From NCBI GenBank assembly GCA_030606485.1, contig JAUWGH010000001.1, positions 720,001 through 752,000 on the forward strand: a stretch of 32,000 nt of DNA, given 5' to 3'. Below the pieces are notes generated by a model. The model ran no database searches and was not told the origin of the DNA. It saw only the letters and a list, made by a program, of their open reading frames with translations. This document shows, piece after piece, positions 1-8,827 of the stretch (within the stretch, counting starts at the first letter, position 1; each line of letters starts with the position of its first letter). Both the position numbers and the translations under genes were made by a program. This DNA comes from Promethearchaeota archaeon (GTDB taxonomy: Archaea; Asgardarchaeota; Lokiarchaeia; Sigyniarchaeales; SOKP01).

Positions 1-227
1 ACATTATCGATATAAGAATAGGAAGTTCTTATTGCATTAAGGGAAAATCACTTCTTATTTCCGAAGGTATTGTATTAGGCATAGATATCGTGGAAATACG
101 AAGCTATATAACAAATATTCTCTCATTGGCAGGATTAGCAATTATAGTTCCCTTGATTTTTTATTATTTCAAAGTAGATTTTAAAAAATTAAAAATAAGA
201 AAAAAGGAATCGAGTAGAGGTTCTTAG
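1..227 (+). CDS. 5'-truncated CDS, hypothetical protein with C-terminal transmembrane helix
   Basis: The frame starting at nt 3 is open to TAG at 225-227 (IIDIRIGSSYCIKGK...ILSLAGLAIIVPLIFYYF KVDFKKLKIRKK...). It has a hydrophobic stretch then a basic tail, and the stop lies 1 nt before the next ATG. Not in the supplied ORF track. Confidence 0.7.
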   Translation, partial: IIDIRIGSSYCIKGKSLLISEGIVLGIDIVEIRSYITNILSLAGLAIIVPLIFYYFKVDFKKLKIRKKESSRGS

Positions 228-228
228 T

Positions 229-837
229 ATGCCAGATTGGATTGCTCATTTAATGTTTGGAACAATTTTATCCTTCATATTGGGAATCAAAAAGGAGAAA
301 AGGATAATTTTTTTAATTGGAAATATAATGCCAGATTTTTTAAGATTTCCTGTCTTTATTACAGAATTTCTAAATCTAGATTTACTTTCTGAATTTTTTA
401 GTTACCCAATAAATGAATCCTCTCATTCTATTATAGGGGTTCTTGCTCTTGCGAGTCTCATTTCAATTTTTTTCGAGGAATCCCTTGAATCTTTAGAATA
501 TGGAGAAATAAAGCACAATTTAAACACAAATAAAAATAACTATAAATTTAAATTGAACAAATTTCAATCGTTCTGGCAAACAAAAATAAAGAGCCCTTTT
601 TTCTTGCTTTTTATTGGAGGTTTATTTCATATTTTTTTAGACAGCTTTATGTGGCCTTGGGCAGGAGGAATAAATTGGCTATATCCTTTTGATTTTGCAA
701 TATTTCGGTGGAGTTTTAAATTATGGTGGCCCTCAAGTTTTGACGCAATAATTCTTTTATTTCCTATTTTTATCATTTCTTTGATTATAAAAAAAGTTTT
801 AAATATCTATAAAGTTAAAAATCATTCAGAGCTTTAA
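229..837 (+). CDS. Membrane-bound metal-dependent hydrolase (YdjM/DUF457-like)
   Basis: Motifs AHLMFG, GNIMPD, SHSIIG and HIFLDSF spaced among hydrophobic segments, typical of this family. Confidence 0.7.
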   Translation: MPDWIAHLMFGTILSFILGIKKEKRIIFLIGNIMPDFLRFPVFITEFLNLDLLSEFFSYPINESSHSIIGVLALASLISIFFEESLESLEYGEIKHNLNTNKNNYKFKLNKFQSFWQTKIKSPFFLLFIGGLFHIFLDSFMWPWAGGINWLYPFDFAIFRWSFKLWWPSSFDAIILLFPIFIISLIIKKVLNIYKVKNHSEL

Positions 838-903
838 TGAGAAGGAAGTAAAATCGCTAAATAGATTTTATTTAAAAAAAGAAAAGTTATTTTGAAGGTT
901 TTA

Positions 904-2070
904 TTAATCAGCAGTTATTTCTATATCCAACTGATCCAGAATCTCTATTAAATCTATTACTTCAAAACCCATATTGAACTTATCATTTGCATCAGATAAA
1001 TTCGTTCTGCAAAATGGACAAGTCGAAGACACAACTGTAGCTCCCGTTTCTTTAGCTTCTTCTAATCTCTCCTTCGAAATTTCTACAGACCAGTCGGGAT
1101 ATCCAATTTTAACGCCTCCTCCTGCTCCGCAACAATATGCGTCTTCTCTGTTTCTCTTCATTTCAACAAAATTAATACCCGGAATCTTCTTATAAACTTC
1201 TCTAGGAATCTCATATATACCAGAGTGCCTACCTAAATGGCAAGGATCATGATAAGTTACAGTTTTATCATAATTTGATTTGAATTTTAATTTCCCTTCA
1301 TCTAAAAGTTGTTTAACTAATTCGGCTGTATGATATAGTTTAAAATCGTATTCAACTCCAAATTTCTCAAAATCATTCTTTAATGTTCGATAACACCCAG
1401 CACAAGAAGTAATCACTTTAGTAGCTCCTGTTTCTTTAATTTTTTCAACATTATAATTCATAAAATCCTTTACGGGACTAATTTGCCCGGTTCTTATAAT
1501 TGGGCTGCAACAACAATGTTCATCGATTAAGGTAAAATCTATGTGGGCTTTTTTAAGAAATCTTAGAGTAGAATCTCTTAAATCTTTTTGACGATAATTT
1601 GATGTGCACCCTATATAATAGACCCATTCTGCTTTATCTAGTAAATTATATTCCTTTTTTAACTCTTCATTATCTGAATTTGGTTCGGCGTAAGGATTAA
1701 ACATTTCTGGGTTCGTAGTGCGTTCCAATAAATTTTTCTGCTTTTCAGGACAAAAACCGTTTTTAACCGCTTCAGCTCGGGCTGCTTCGATAATATCTAC
1801 CCAAAATTCATTAAATTTTACAAATCTGCAATTTTCAACACAATTTCCGCATGTACTACATGCATATAGAATATTAGCTAAATTATCACTCCATTGAAGT
1901 TCATTATTTATTAGACCAAAAATAAGCCACATCCGACCACCAGCACTATACGTTTCGAATCTATACTTGTTATAACTTGGACAATTAAAATCGGAATAAC
2001 TATGATTGAATTTACAATAACCGCATCTAAAACATCTATGTATTATATGTTTAACATCATCTAACGCCAT
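904..2070 (-). CDS. (Fe-S)-binding protein, GlpC/HdrD-like: two 4Fe-4S motifs plus two CCG domains
   Basis: CFRCGYC...CP and CSTCGNCVENC; CCG-domain motifs GCTSNY, CCCSP, CAGC, YHDPCHLGR, CCGAGGG, CPFC. Start moved to ATG 2070 (MALDD), which follows GAGGAGGAG and the upstream stop at 2072-2074. Confidence 0.88.
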   Translation of the reverse strand: MALDDVKHIIHRCFRCGYCKFNHSYSDFNCPSYNKYRFETYSAGGRMWLIFGLINNELQWSDNLANILYACSTCGNCVENCRFVKFNEFWVDIIEAARAEAVKNGFCPEKQKNLLERTTNPEMFNPYAEPNSDNEELKKEYNLLDKAEWVYYIGCTSNYRQKDLRDSTLRFLKKAHIDFTLIDEHCCCSPIIRTGQISPVKDFMNYNVEKIKETGATKVITSCAGCYRTLKNDFEKFGVEYDFKLYHTAELVKQLLDEGKLKFKSNYDKTVTYHDPCHLGRHSGIYEIPREVYKKIPGINFVEMKRNREDAYCCGAGGGVKIGYPDWSVEISKERLEEAKETGATVVSSTCPFCRTNLSDANDKFNMGFEVIDLIEILDQLDIEITAD

Positions 2071-2071
2071 T

Positions 2072-3448
2072 TTAATTCTCCTCCTCACTCCAATTTCCTG
2101 GATTCATAATACCATTTGGATCTAACATCTGGCGAATATTAAAAAACATTTTCTTATAATTGGGATCCATTTTTTGAAGAGTTAGTTTCTGTGCACCCAA
2201 TTCTCCTTTCCAAGGAATGCCACCAAGCTCTAATGCTAAATGATTTGTTTCTTCAAGTGCATTTCTTGCATTCTGCATGTCGTCTGGATCAGCTCTATTG
2301 AAAGAATAAGAAAAGAACATTACGATATTATGAGTCTGTCCAATAAGTCTAGAACCTAATGTAGGAGGTATCCCATATTTTATTGAAATTTCAGCCCCTC
2401 TACGATATGCTTCAGGAATTTTTTCTAATGGCATGTTAGCACCAACATATTCGAAGCCACCTCCTTTTCGGAAATCTGCAGCTCCTGATGCAAATATTGG
2501 TTTTTCTATATAAAGATCTATCATTTTCTGAGTTGCCTTCATATATCTCGCTCCATTTTTACGATATGTTTTTTTAAGTATCTTTATTTTAGTATCAATA
2601 TCTTCTTGACTATCTCCCGTAATATAGACCATAAAAAAGATATATCCTTTCATCCACTCGGGCTTGTCTTGTTTGCCAAGGATTACATCTTCAATGAACT
2701 CCTTGGTTGTAATTTCCAGTAGAAGTTTTGGAATATTTTCTTCATCTTTCATCAATCCAAACACGATTTCCCTAAATTTCGGTTTTGGAAATATTTGAAC
2801 AGAAAGTTTTGTTACGATTCCCATAGTTCCAAATGAACTTAGGAATAATCCTACTAAATCAGGGATGGGCCCTCTTGCAAACCAATAATCGGAAACTGCA
2901 CAAGATCCGAGTTTAACCACTTCACCACTTGCCAAAACAACTTCCAATCCATTAACAATTGCACCGTGATCCCCATATTTCTGTGATAAATAGCCTGACC
3001 CATGAATTAATACATTGCCAGCAATAGTTGCAGAGGGAGGTGCATCAGGGATCGCAGGTTGCAGATCAGGATGATGCTCATTTAAATATGCAAGCAATTG
3101 TCCTGTAGAAACTCCTGCTTCTATTAGTGCATAACGACTTAATTCATTAATTTCAAGTATTTGATTCATTCTTTTCATATCCACCACAATTCCACCTTTT
3201 ACGGGTAGTACCAATCCACTAAGTGTCATTCCTCCACCCATGGGAACCAAAGGTATTTTTTCCTCGTTAGCTAATTTTACAATATTTTGAACTTCCTCGG
3301 TTGTTTTAGGCATTACAACAAAATCAACGGGGCGAGGTAAAGAAGCTCCAGGATCTTGGGAATAAATATAGAGATCTTCGGGGCTATTGGTTGCAAATTC
3401 TTTACCTACAATGTTTTGCAAATCTTTTAATATTTGATCGGTATTCAT
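2072..3448 (-). CDS. FAD-binding oxidoreductase (GlcD/VAO-PCMH superfamily)
   Basis: DFVVMPKTTEEV, PMGGGMTLSG, EAGVSTG, TIAGN, GTMGIVTK and C-terminal LDPNGIMNPG. Directly upstream of the Fe-S/CCG gene. Confidence 0.88.
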   Translation of the reverse strand: MNTDQILKDLQNIVGKEFATNSPEDLYIYSQDPGASLPRPVDFVVMPKTTEEVQNIVKLANEEKIPLVPMGGGMTLSGLVLPVKGGIVVDMKRMNQILEINELSRYALIEAGVSTGQLLAYLNEHHPDLQPAIPDAPPSATIAGNVLIHGSGYLSQKYGDHGAIVNGLEVVLASGEVVKLGSCAVSDYWFARGPIPDLVGLFLSSFGTMGIVTKLSVQIFPKPKFREIVFGLMKDEENIPKLLLEITTKEFIEDVILGKQDKPEWMKGYIFFMVYITGDSQEDIDTKIKILKKTYRKNGARYMKATQKMIDLYIEKPIFASGAADFRKGGGFEYVGANMPLEKIPEAYRRGAEISIKYGIPPTLGSRLIGQTHNIVMFFSYSFNRADPDDMQNARNALEETNHLALELGGIPWKGELGAQKLTLQKMDPNYKKMFFNIRQMLDPNGIMNPGNWSEEEN

Positions 3449-3603
3449 TTATATCGACTCTATTATTAATTTAAGATTCTCTGTTTTAACTTAAATAAAT
3501 ATATTTTTTTAGATTTGACAAATAGTTTAAAATTGAGAAAATAAAAATAAATATAAAATTAAAAAAAAAAAAATAATAGAAATCATCTGGGTTGGTGAAG
3601 AAT

Positions 3604-4263
3604 ATGATAATTGATTTATGGCTTTTATTTAGATGGATTCTCTTGATCATTATGGTTATTTTAATAATATTTTTCGTATTTGTGATGATAATTTTAAGAA
3701 TTATTCGTAGATATCATAAATTTCCAATTCCAGCTTTTGCAACCCGTTTAATTGATAATCCTTGGCGGAGATTCATACAAAAACCTAAAATTATTGCTGA
3801 GCGAATCCATCTTGAGCCTGGAATGATAGTCGTTGAGATTGGCCCGGGTAAGGGATCTTACACCAAAGCAGTAGCGGAAAAAGTTATGCCCAATGGAAAA
3901 GTATATGCCCTTGATATCCAAGAATCCGTAATAGAATCTTTAAAGAAGCGAATTGAAAAGGAAGATATATCTAACATTATCCCAATGATTGGAGATGCCT
4001 ATAATTTTCCCTTTGATGATGAAAGCGTTGATAGGATTTTTGCTAATACATGTCTACCTGAGATTCCGGATCCCGTTAGAGTTTTAAATGATTGCAAGCG
4101 AATTTTAAAAAATGATGGATTAATATCTCTCTGTGAACTACTTCCAGATCCCGATTATCCTCGAAGAAAAACTGAAATAGGCTGGGCTAAAGAAGCAGGA
4201 TTAGAGTTAAAAGAAAAATTTGGCAATTTTTTTTCATACCAACTCAATTTTGGAAAGAAATAA
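3604..4263 (+). CDS. Class I SAM-dependent methyltransferase (UbiE-like) with N-terminal TM helix
   Basis: VEIGPGKG motif I, YALDIQ, GDAYNFPFDDESVD, LKNDG. ATG 3604 follows GGTGA; GTG 3592 is the alternative start. Confidence 0.85.
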   Translation: MIIDLWLLFRWILLIIMVILIIFFVFVMIILRIIRRYHKFPIPAFATRLIDNPWRRFIQKPKIIAERIHLEPGMIVVEIGPGKGSYTKAVAEKVMPNGKVYALDIQESVIESLKKRIEKEDISNIIPMIGDAYNFPFDDESVDRIFANTCLPEIPDPVRVLNDCKRILKNDGLISLCELLPDPDYPRRKTEIGWAKEAGLELKEKFGNFFSYQLNFGKK

Positions 4264-4389
4264 ATAATAAATACTTTAATTTAATATTTGATTATTCAGC
4301 TTTGTTTTTAATGGATTCACAAATTTTTATGATACGTTTATAAATATAAATTGAATTATCATGGAAAAAATTGCGTAGGTAGGTAAATT

Positions 4390-5706
4390 ATGTTATGGTT
4401 AAGTATATTATTGACAATTCTTATTATCTCCGCCATTGTTTTTTTGATTTTCTTATATCGGAAAAAGAAATGTGCTGAAAGCGAAATAGGAATTTGTACT
4501 AAACTAAAATTTAAAGGAAAACATATTAGGCTTAAAAGATTTTTTGCTATTTTATTAATTATTCTTATTGGAGCCTGGATTCTTCTGGGATCGGGTTATA
4601 TTGCTAATCATATTGCTTATATAAGGCCTGTCTCAGGCTATTGGGAATGGCAGGAGTCAAACGGTCAGAAGTATTTATATGTTGAAGCCGATAACTCTTA
4701 TGATCTCGGATATCATACGGGAGTGGCAATGGCTTCAGATATTGTGAAAATGAAACTTGTATTAAACGCATTCGCACTTTTTATGGGTTCCAACATTTGG
4801 GAAATGGAACAAGTTAGTAATCAATATATCGAATATATACCTGAATGGTATATACAAGAATTGCAGGGCATGGCAGATGGTGCCAGTTTTTCTTCAGGAA
4901 CATGGATATCATTTACAGATACATTAGTTCAAGCTGTTTTTATTGAGGCAATGTATGGAAGAATTATTCCTTTACATGAAAATCCAATAGAACCTCATCA
5001 GGTGGGCTGTACAGATTTTGGGGCTGTAAATAACAATGGCTCGATAACAATTGGTCAAACATGGGATTTTTCGATATTATTCTCATGGACTCATCAATTT
5101 GTATTACATAAACTTCCGGGTAAGCCATTGGTATTTACTTACCGAATGGGTGCGTGTCCAGCATTACCTCTTGGAAAAAATGAATATGGACTTACATTGG
5201 TTATGAATTTGGTAATGACTGATGCGATTGCCCCAATCATGACACCTACCTTTGTGTATATTAGAGAGGGATTGGAAAATAATGTAACAGCCGAGGATCT
5301 ATGTAAAACTCTTTTACCCGATAATAAAAGCTCCTATAGCCACAACTTTTTAATGGCTGATAACGATACATTAATTGCAGTTCAATGCTTACCCGAAAAT
5401 GTAACAAAAAAAGTTAATCCACCTACAATTGTTCAAAGCAATACTTATTCAGATTTGTATTGGCAACAATATCTTGTACATCCAGAATATTCAAAACAAC
5501 GCCAGCAATATGCAGAAATACAAATAGTTTCCAATTATACAGATGGAGATTTAACAGAACAAGAATTATTGGCGATGATGGGTGATAATCCAATTATTTG
5601 CCGACCATTTCAAGGTCTTACAGAAAGCTTTACAATTGCATTTATGACTAAAACGCATTTTGGTATTGGAACCGTAAATGATCTAATCGGTGTTATACCA
5701 ATATAA
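4390..5706 (+). CDS. C45-family autoproteolytic Ntn hydrolase/acyltransferase, membrane anchored
   Basis: YDLGYHTG, ELQGMADG, GCTDFG (Cys nucleophile at the processing site), GQTWD, GKNEYGL. Two hydrophobic helices in the first ~70 aa. Confidence 0.78.
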   Translation: MLWLSILLTILIISAIVFLIFLYRKKKCAESEIGICTKLKFKGKHIRLKRFFAILLIILIGAWILLGSGYIANHIAYIRPVSGYWEWQESNGQKYLYVEADNSYDLGYHTGVAMASDIVKMKLVLNAFALFMGSNIWEMEQVSNQYIEYIPEWYIQELQGMADGASFSSGTWISFTDTLVQAVFIEAMYGRIIPLHENPIEPHQVGCTDFGAVNNNGSITIGQTWDFSILFSWTHQFVLHKLPGKPLVFTYRMGACPALPLGKNEYGLTLVMNLVMTDAIAPIMTPTFVYIREGLENNVTAEDLCKTLLPDNKSSYSHNFLMADNDTLIAVQCLPENVTKKVNPPTIVQSNTYSDLYWQQYLVHPEYSKQRQQYAEIQIVSNYTDGDLTEQELLAMMGDNPIICRPFQGLTESFTIAFMTKTHFGIGTVNDLIGVIPI

Positions 5707-5769
5707 TTCAATCAATATAACTTAGAAATATAGGAAACAACTTAGGATAAATCTTAAAAATTTAAAAAA

Positions 5770-7212
5770 TTATAATGCCCTTTCTTTTTTCATTGGAGCG
5801 TTATCGCTTGTTTCAATATACCATCTTAAAAGTTCCTCTTTCAATTTTGCCTTGGTTTCTTTATAATTGTGTACATCTATTAAATTAATTAATTCTTGAG
5901 GGTCTGATTTTAGATTGTAAAGTTCTTCTTTGCCTTCAATCCTATCCACATATTTCCATTCTTTAGTTCTAATCATTGCAGATCTACTCACTGTGCTTGG
6001 GTCATCATAGGAGATCCTAATTTTATCGTAATAGATACCAAGAAGTGGTAAATCTGGTGATTTAATTTTCACTTCAAAACATTGGGGTTCTCTAGGTAAA
6101 TAACCCCCTACGGCAAACACTGAATCACGATGTTCATTAGTTTCACCCTTAATTAGAGGGATTAAAGACTTTCCAAAATGGGTATATTCCGGCTTTAAAT
6201 CTGCAATTTCTAACATAGTTGGAAATAAATCTATTGTTTCTACTAAGTTGCTAATTGAATCTTTATGAGATTTTATTCCAGGAATTTTTATAATTAAAGG
6301 AACTTTTATCAGGCAATCTTGGAAACCCGTGGGCCATTTTTCTGTTAAACCATAGTCAGTTGTATAGTCGCCATGATCTCCAAAGAAAAAAACTGCTGTG
6401 TGATTATAATAATTTTTTTCCTTGAATTTCTCAATAATTGTCCCAAATTGGTCGTCCACCCTCGAAACCATCCCATAATAAGTGGCAATTATTTCTTTTT
6501 TATCTTCTTCTGATAAAAGGTTTAAGTTATAAGATTCATACATTTCTTTCATAAAATGTGGTTTATCATCCAACTTGGGTGGAATTGGGGCAGGAATTTT
6601 CTGTCGATCATACATTGAAAAATAAGGTTCCTCAACGGAATATGGTGGATGTGGATAGACTAAAGCAAGGAATAAACAGAAAGGTTCTGGCGGATTAGAA
6701 TCTAAAAACTCAAGCGCTTCTTGAATAATACTGTAATCTAAATCTTTAACAAGTTTTTCTCCTTTTTTTCCTGAATAAAATGATTTTTTAAATCGCTCTT
6801 CAACAGGAGGTGAATCTAAAAAAGCTTTTAGGTCAACTTTCGAAAAACCTCCAGTTCTTTTAGATACACTTGTTTTAAAAGCTTTTTTGGAAAACAAATC
6901 ATTCCTTCCAATCATTCGAACATAATATCCGGAGTTTTTTAGGAATTTAAATAAATTTTCTTCATGAGGTTGTAAAAGATAATATAGAGAACGATGTCCT
7001 GAACAATGAGGATAAAGTCCTGTGAAAGTAGAACATCTTGAGGGGGCGCATACTGGATTTACAGCAAAACAATTTGTAAATACTACACCTTCTTTACCAA
7101 CTTTATCGAGATTTGGAGTTTTAATTATTGGATTTCCCACACATGCAAGAGAGTCTGCACGCATCTCATCCGGCATAAATATTAAAATATTAGGTTTTTT
7201 TTCAGATGACAT
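5770..7212 (-). CDS. Cys-type sulfatase (arylsulfatase/choline-sulfatase-like)
   Basis: KPNILIFMPDEMRAD, CAPSR (CxPxR formylglycine motif), YPHPPY, GDHGD, EELYNLKSDPQE. Confidence 0.9.
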   Translation of the reverse strand: MSSEKKPNILIFMPDEMRADSLACVGNPIIKTPNLDKVGKEGVVFTNCFAVNPVCAPSRCSTFTGLYPHCSGHRSLYYLLQPHEENLFKFLKNSGYYVRMIGRNDLFSKKAFKTSVSKRTGGFSKVDLKAFLDSPPVEERFKKSFYSGKKGEKLVKDLDYSIIQEALEFLDSNPPEPFCLFLALVYPHPPYSVEEPYFSMYDRQKIPAPIPPKLDDKPHFMKEMYESYNLNLLSEEDKKEIIATYYGMVSRVDDQFGTIIEKFKEKNYYNHTAVFFFGDHGDYTTDYGLTEKWPTGFQDCLIKVPLIIKIPGIKSHKDSISNLVETIDLFPTMLEIADLKPEYTHFGKSLIPLIKGETNEHRDSVFAVGGYLPREPQCFEVKIKSPDLPLLGIYYDKIRISYDDPSTVSRSAMIRTKEWKYVDRIEGKEELYNLKSDPQELINLIDVHNYKETKAKLKEELLRWYIETSDNAPMKKERAL

Positions 7213-7287
7213 TATTATCTCAAATATTTATAGATGCTAAGGCATTTATTTGTTATAGATGGATATAATATTTAAATTAATATAAGG

Positions 7288-8097
7288 ATGCAACAACTGA
7301 TCTTGGAAAAACTTGAAGATTTGAAACAAATTTTAAAAAAGATGGAAAACGTAGCTATAGCCTTTTCAGGAGGGGTTGATAGTACTTTTCTTGTTAAAAT
7401 AGCGAATGATGTTTTAAGAGACAAGGTTTTAGCAATAACAGCAACCTCATCAATCCACCCAGAGTTTGAAAAAAAAGATGCAAAAATATTTGCAGAACAA
7501 AATAGTATTAGACACGTTATTTTTAAATCTGAAGAATTAAAAAATGAGAATTTTAGGGCAAATCCTCCAAATAGATGTTATCTTTGTAAAAAAGAATTAT
7601 TCTCTGCAATTAAAAGTATCGCCAATAAGGAGAATATTAAATATATCTTAGACGCAACAAATTTTGATGATTTGAGCGAGTATAGACCCGGTATTAAAGC
7701 TTTAGAAGAACTTGAGATAATAAGTCCTTTAAAGGATGTAAAATTAATGAAAGAAGAGATAAGAGCGTTATCAAAAGAAATGAATTTAAAGTCGTGGAAT
7801 AAACCAGCATTCGCTTGTTTAGTATCAAGGATTCCGTATGGTATTGAAATAACTGAAAAAAGATTAAAAATGATCGAAAGGGCTGAAGAATATATAATGA
7901 ATTTAGGTATCAGCCAAATTCGTGTAAGATATCACGACAAAATTGCGAGAATTGAAATAAATAAAAACGATATTCCATTATTGTTAAAACATTCAGATGA
8001 AATAAATGCAGAATTAAAAAAATTAGGATTCATTTATATAACATTAGATTTAGAGGGATATAGAACAGGGAGCCTAAATGAGGTTTTAGATATTTGA
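7288..8097 (+). CDS. larE: NPN cofactor sulfur transferase LarE (PP-loop ATPase)
   Basis: AFSGGVDS PP-loop, NRCYLCK, YRPG, KPAFACLVSRIPYG, RVRYH...ARIE, LDLEGYRTGSLN. First gene of a larEBC operon. Confidence 0.93.
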   Translation: MQQLILEKLEDLKQILKKMENVAIAFSGGVDSTFLVKIANDVLRDKVLAITATSSIHPEFEKKDAKIFAEQNSIRHVIFKSEELKNENFRANPPNRCYLCKKELFSAIKSIANKENIKYILDATNFDDLSEYRPGIKALEELEIISPLKDVKLMKEEIRALSKEMNLKSWNKPAFACLVSRIPYGIEITEKRLKMIERAEEYIMNLGISQIRVRYHDKIARIEINKNDIPLLLKHSDEINAELKKLGFIYITLDLEGYRTGSLNEVLDI

Positions 8098-8822
8098 AAA
8101 GGATATTGGAAGATTATAAGGAGGGAAAAATATCATTGGAAGAGGTTTTAGAAAAATTGAAAACTCTGCCTTACGAAGATTTAGAATTTGCAAAAGTAGA
8201 TACTCATAGAGCTCTCAGGAAGGGCTTTCCGGAAATTCTTTATTGTCCGGGAAAAACTATTCCACAGATAATGAAAATAGTTGAGAGTATGATGAAGCTT
8301 AAACATACGGTTTTAGCAACGAAATCTAATAAAGAAATTTTTGATACAATCAAAAAAGTTCATAATGAAGCAGAATATTATGAAAAAGCTAGAATTATTG
8401 TTGTACAAAAGGAACCAGTAAAACTTAAGGAAGGCAAGATATTAATTTTAACAGGTGGGACGTCAGATATTCCCATTGCAGAAGAAGCTGCTGTTATAGC
8501 TGAAATTATGGGCAATAAAGTGGAGAAAGCTTATGATGTAGGTGTAGCTGGTATTCATCGTTTATTTGATATTAAAGATAAAATTTTTGAGGCAAATGTA
8601 ATTATTGTAATAGCCGGAATGGATGGAGCATTGCCAAGTGTTGTGGGTGGATTATCATCAAAACCGATAATTGCAGTTCCAACAAGTGTGGGATATGGTG
8701 CAAGTTTTGAAGGAGTTGGTCCTCTTTTAACAATGCTTAATTCTTGTGCATTCGGAGTCACCGTTGTAAATATTGATAATGGTGTTGGTGCAGGTTATTT
8801 TGCTAATTTAATAAATAGGTGA
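8094..8822 (+). CDS. larB: NPN cofactor carboxylase/hydrolase LarB (PurE-like)
   Basis: AKVDTHRALRKGFPE, GGTSDIPIAEEA, DVGVAGIHRL, AGMDGALPSVV, AVPTSVGYG, MLNSCA, VNIDNG. TTG start overlaps the larE stop. Confidence 0.93.
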   Translation: MKRILEDYKEGKISLEEVLEKLKTLPYEDLEFAKVDTHRALRKGFPEILYCPGKTIPQIMKIVESMMKLKHTVLATKSNKEIFDTIKKVHNEAEYYEKARIIVVQKEPVKLKEGKILILTGGTSDIPIAEEAAVIAEIMGNKVEKAYDVGVAGIHRLFDIKDKIFEANVIIVIAGMDGALPSVVGGLSSKPIIAVPTSVGYGASFEGVGPLLTMLNSCAFGVTVVNIDNGVGAGYFANLINR

Positions 8823-8827
8823 ATCAA

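Noticed and set aside
2071-2088. Longer start (MRRRIK) for the Fe-S/CCG gene
   Set aside because: It overlaps the upstream gene's 3' end; ATG 2070 has a ribosome-binding site and a family-like N-terminus.
7213-7287. NikR-type operator upstream of larE
   Set aside because: No match to the E. coli GTATGA-N16-TCATAC dyad; only the short repeats reported in the findings.
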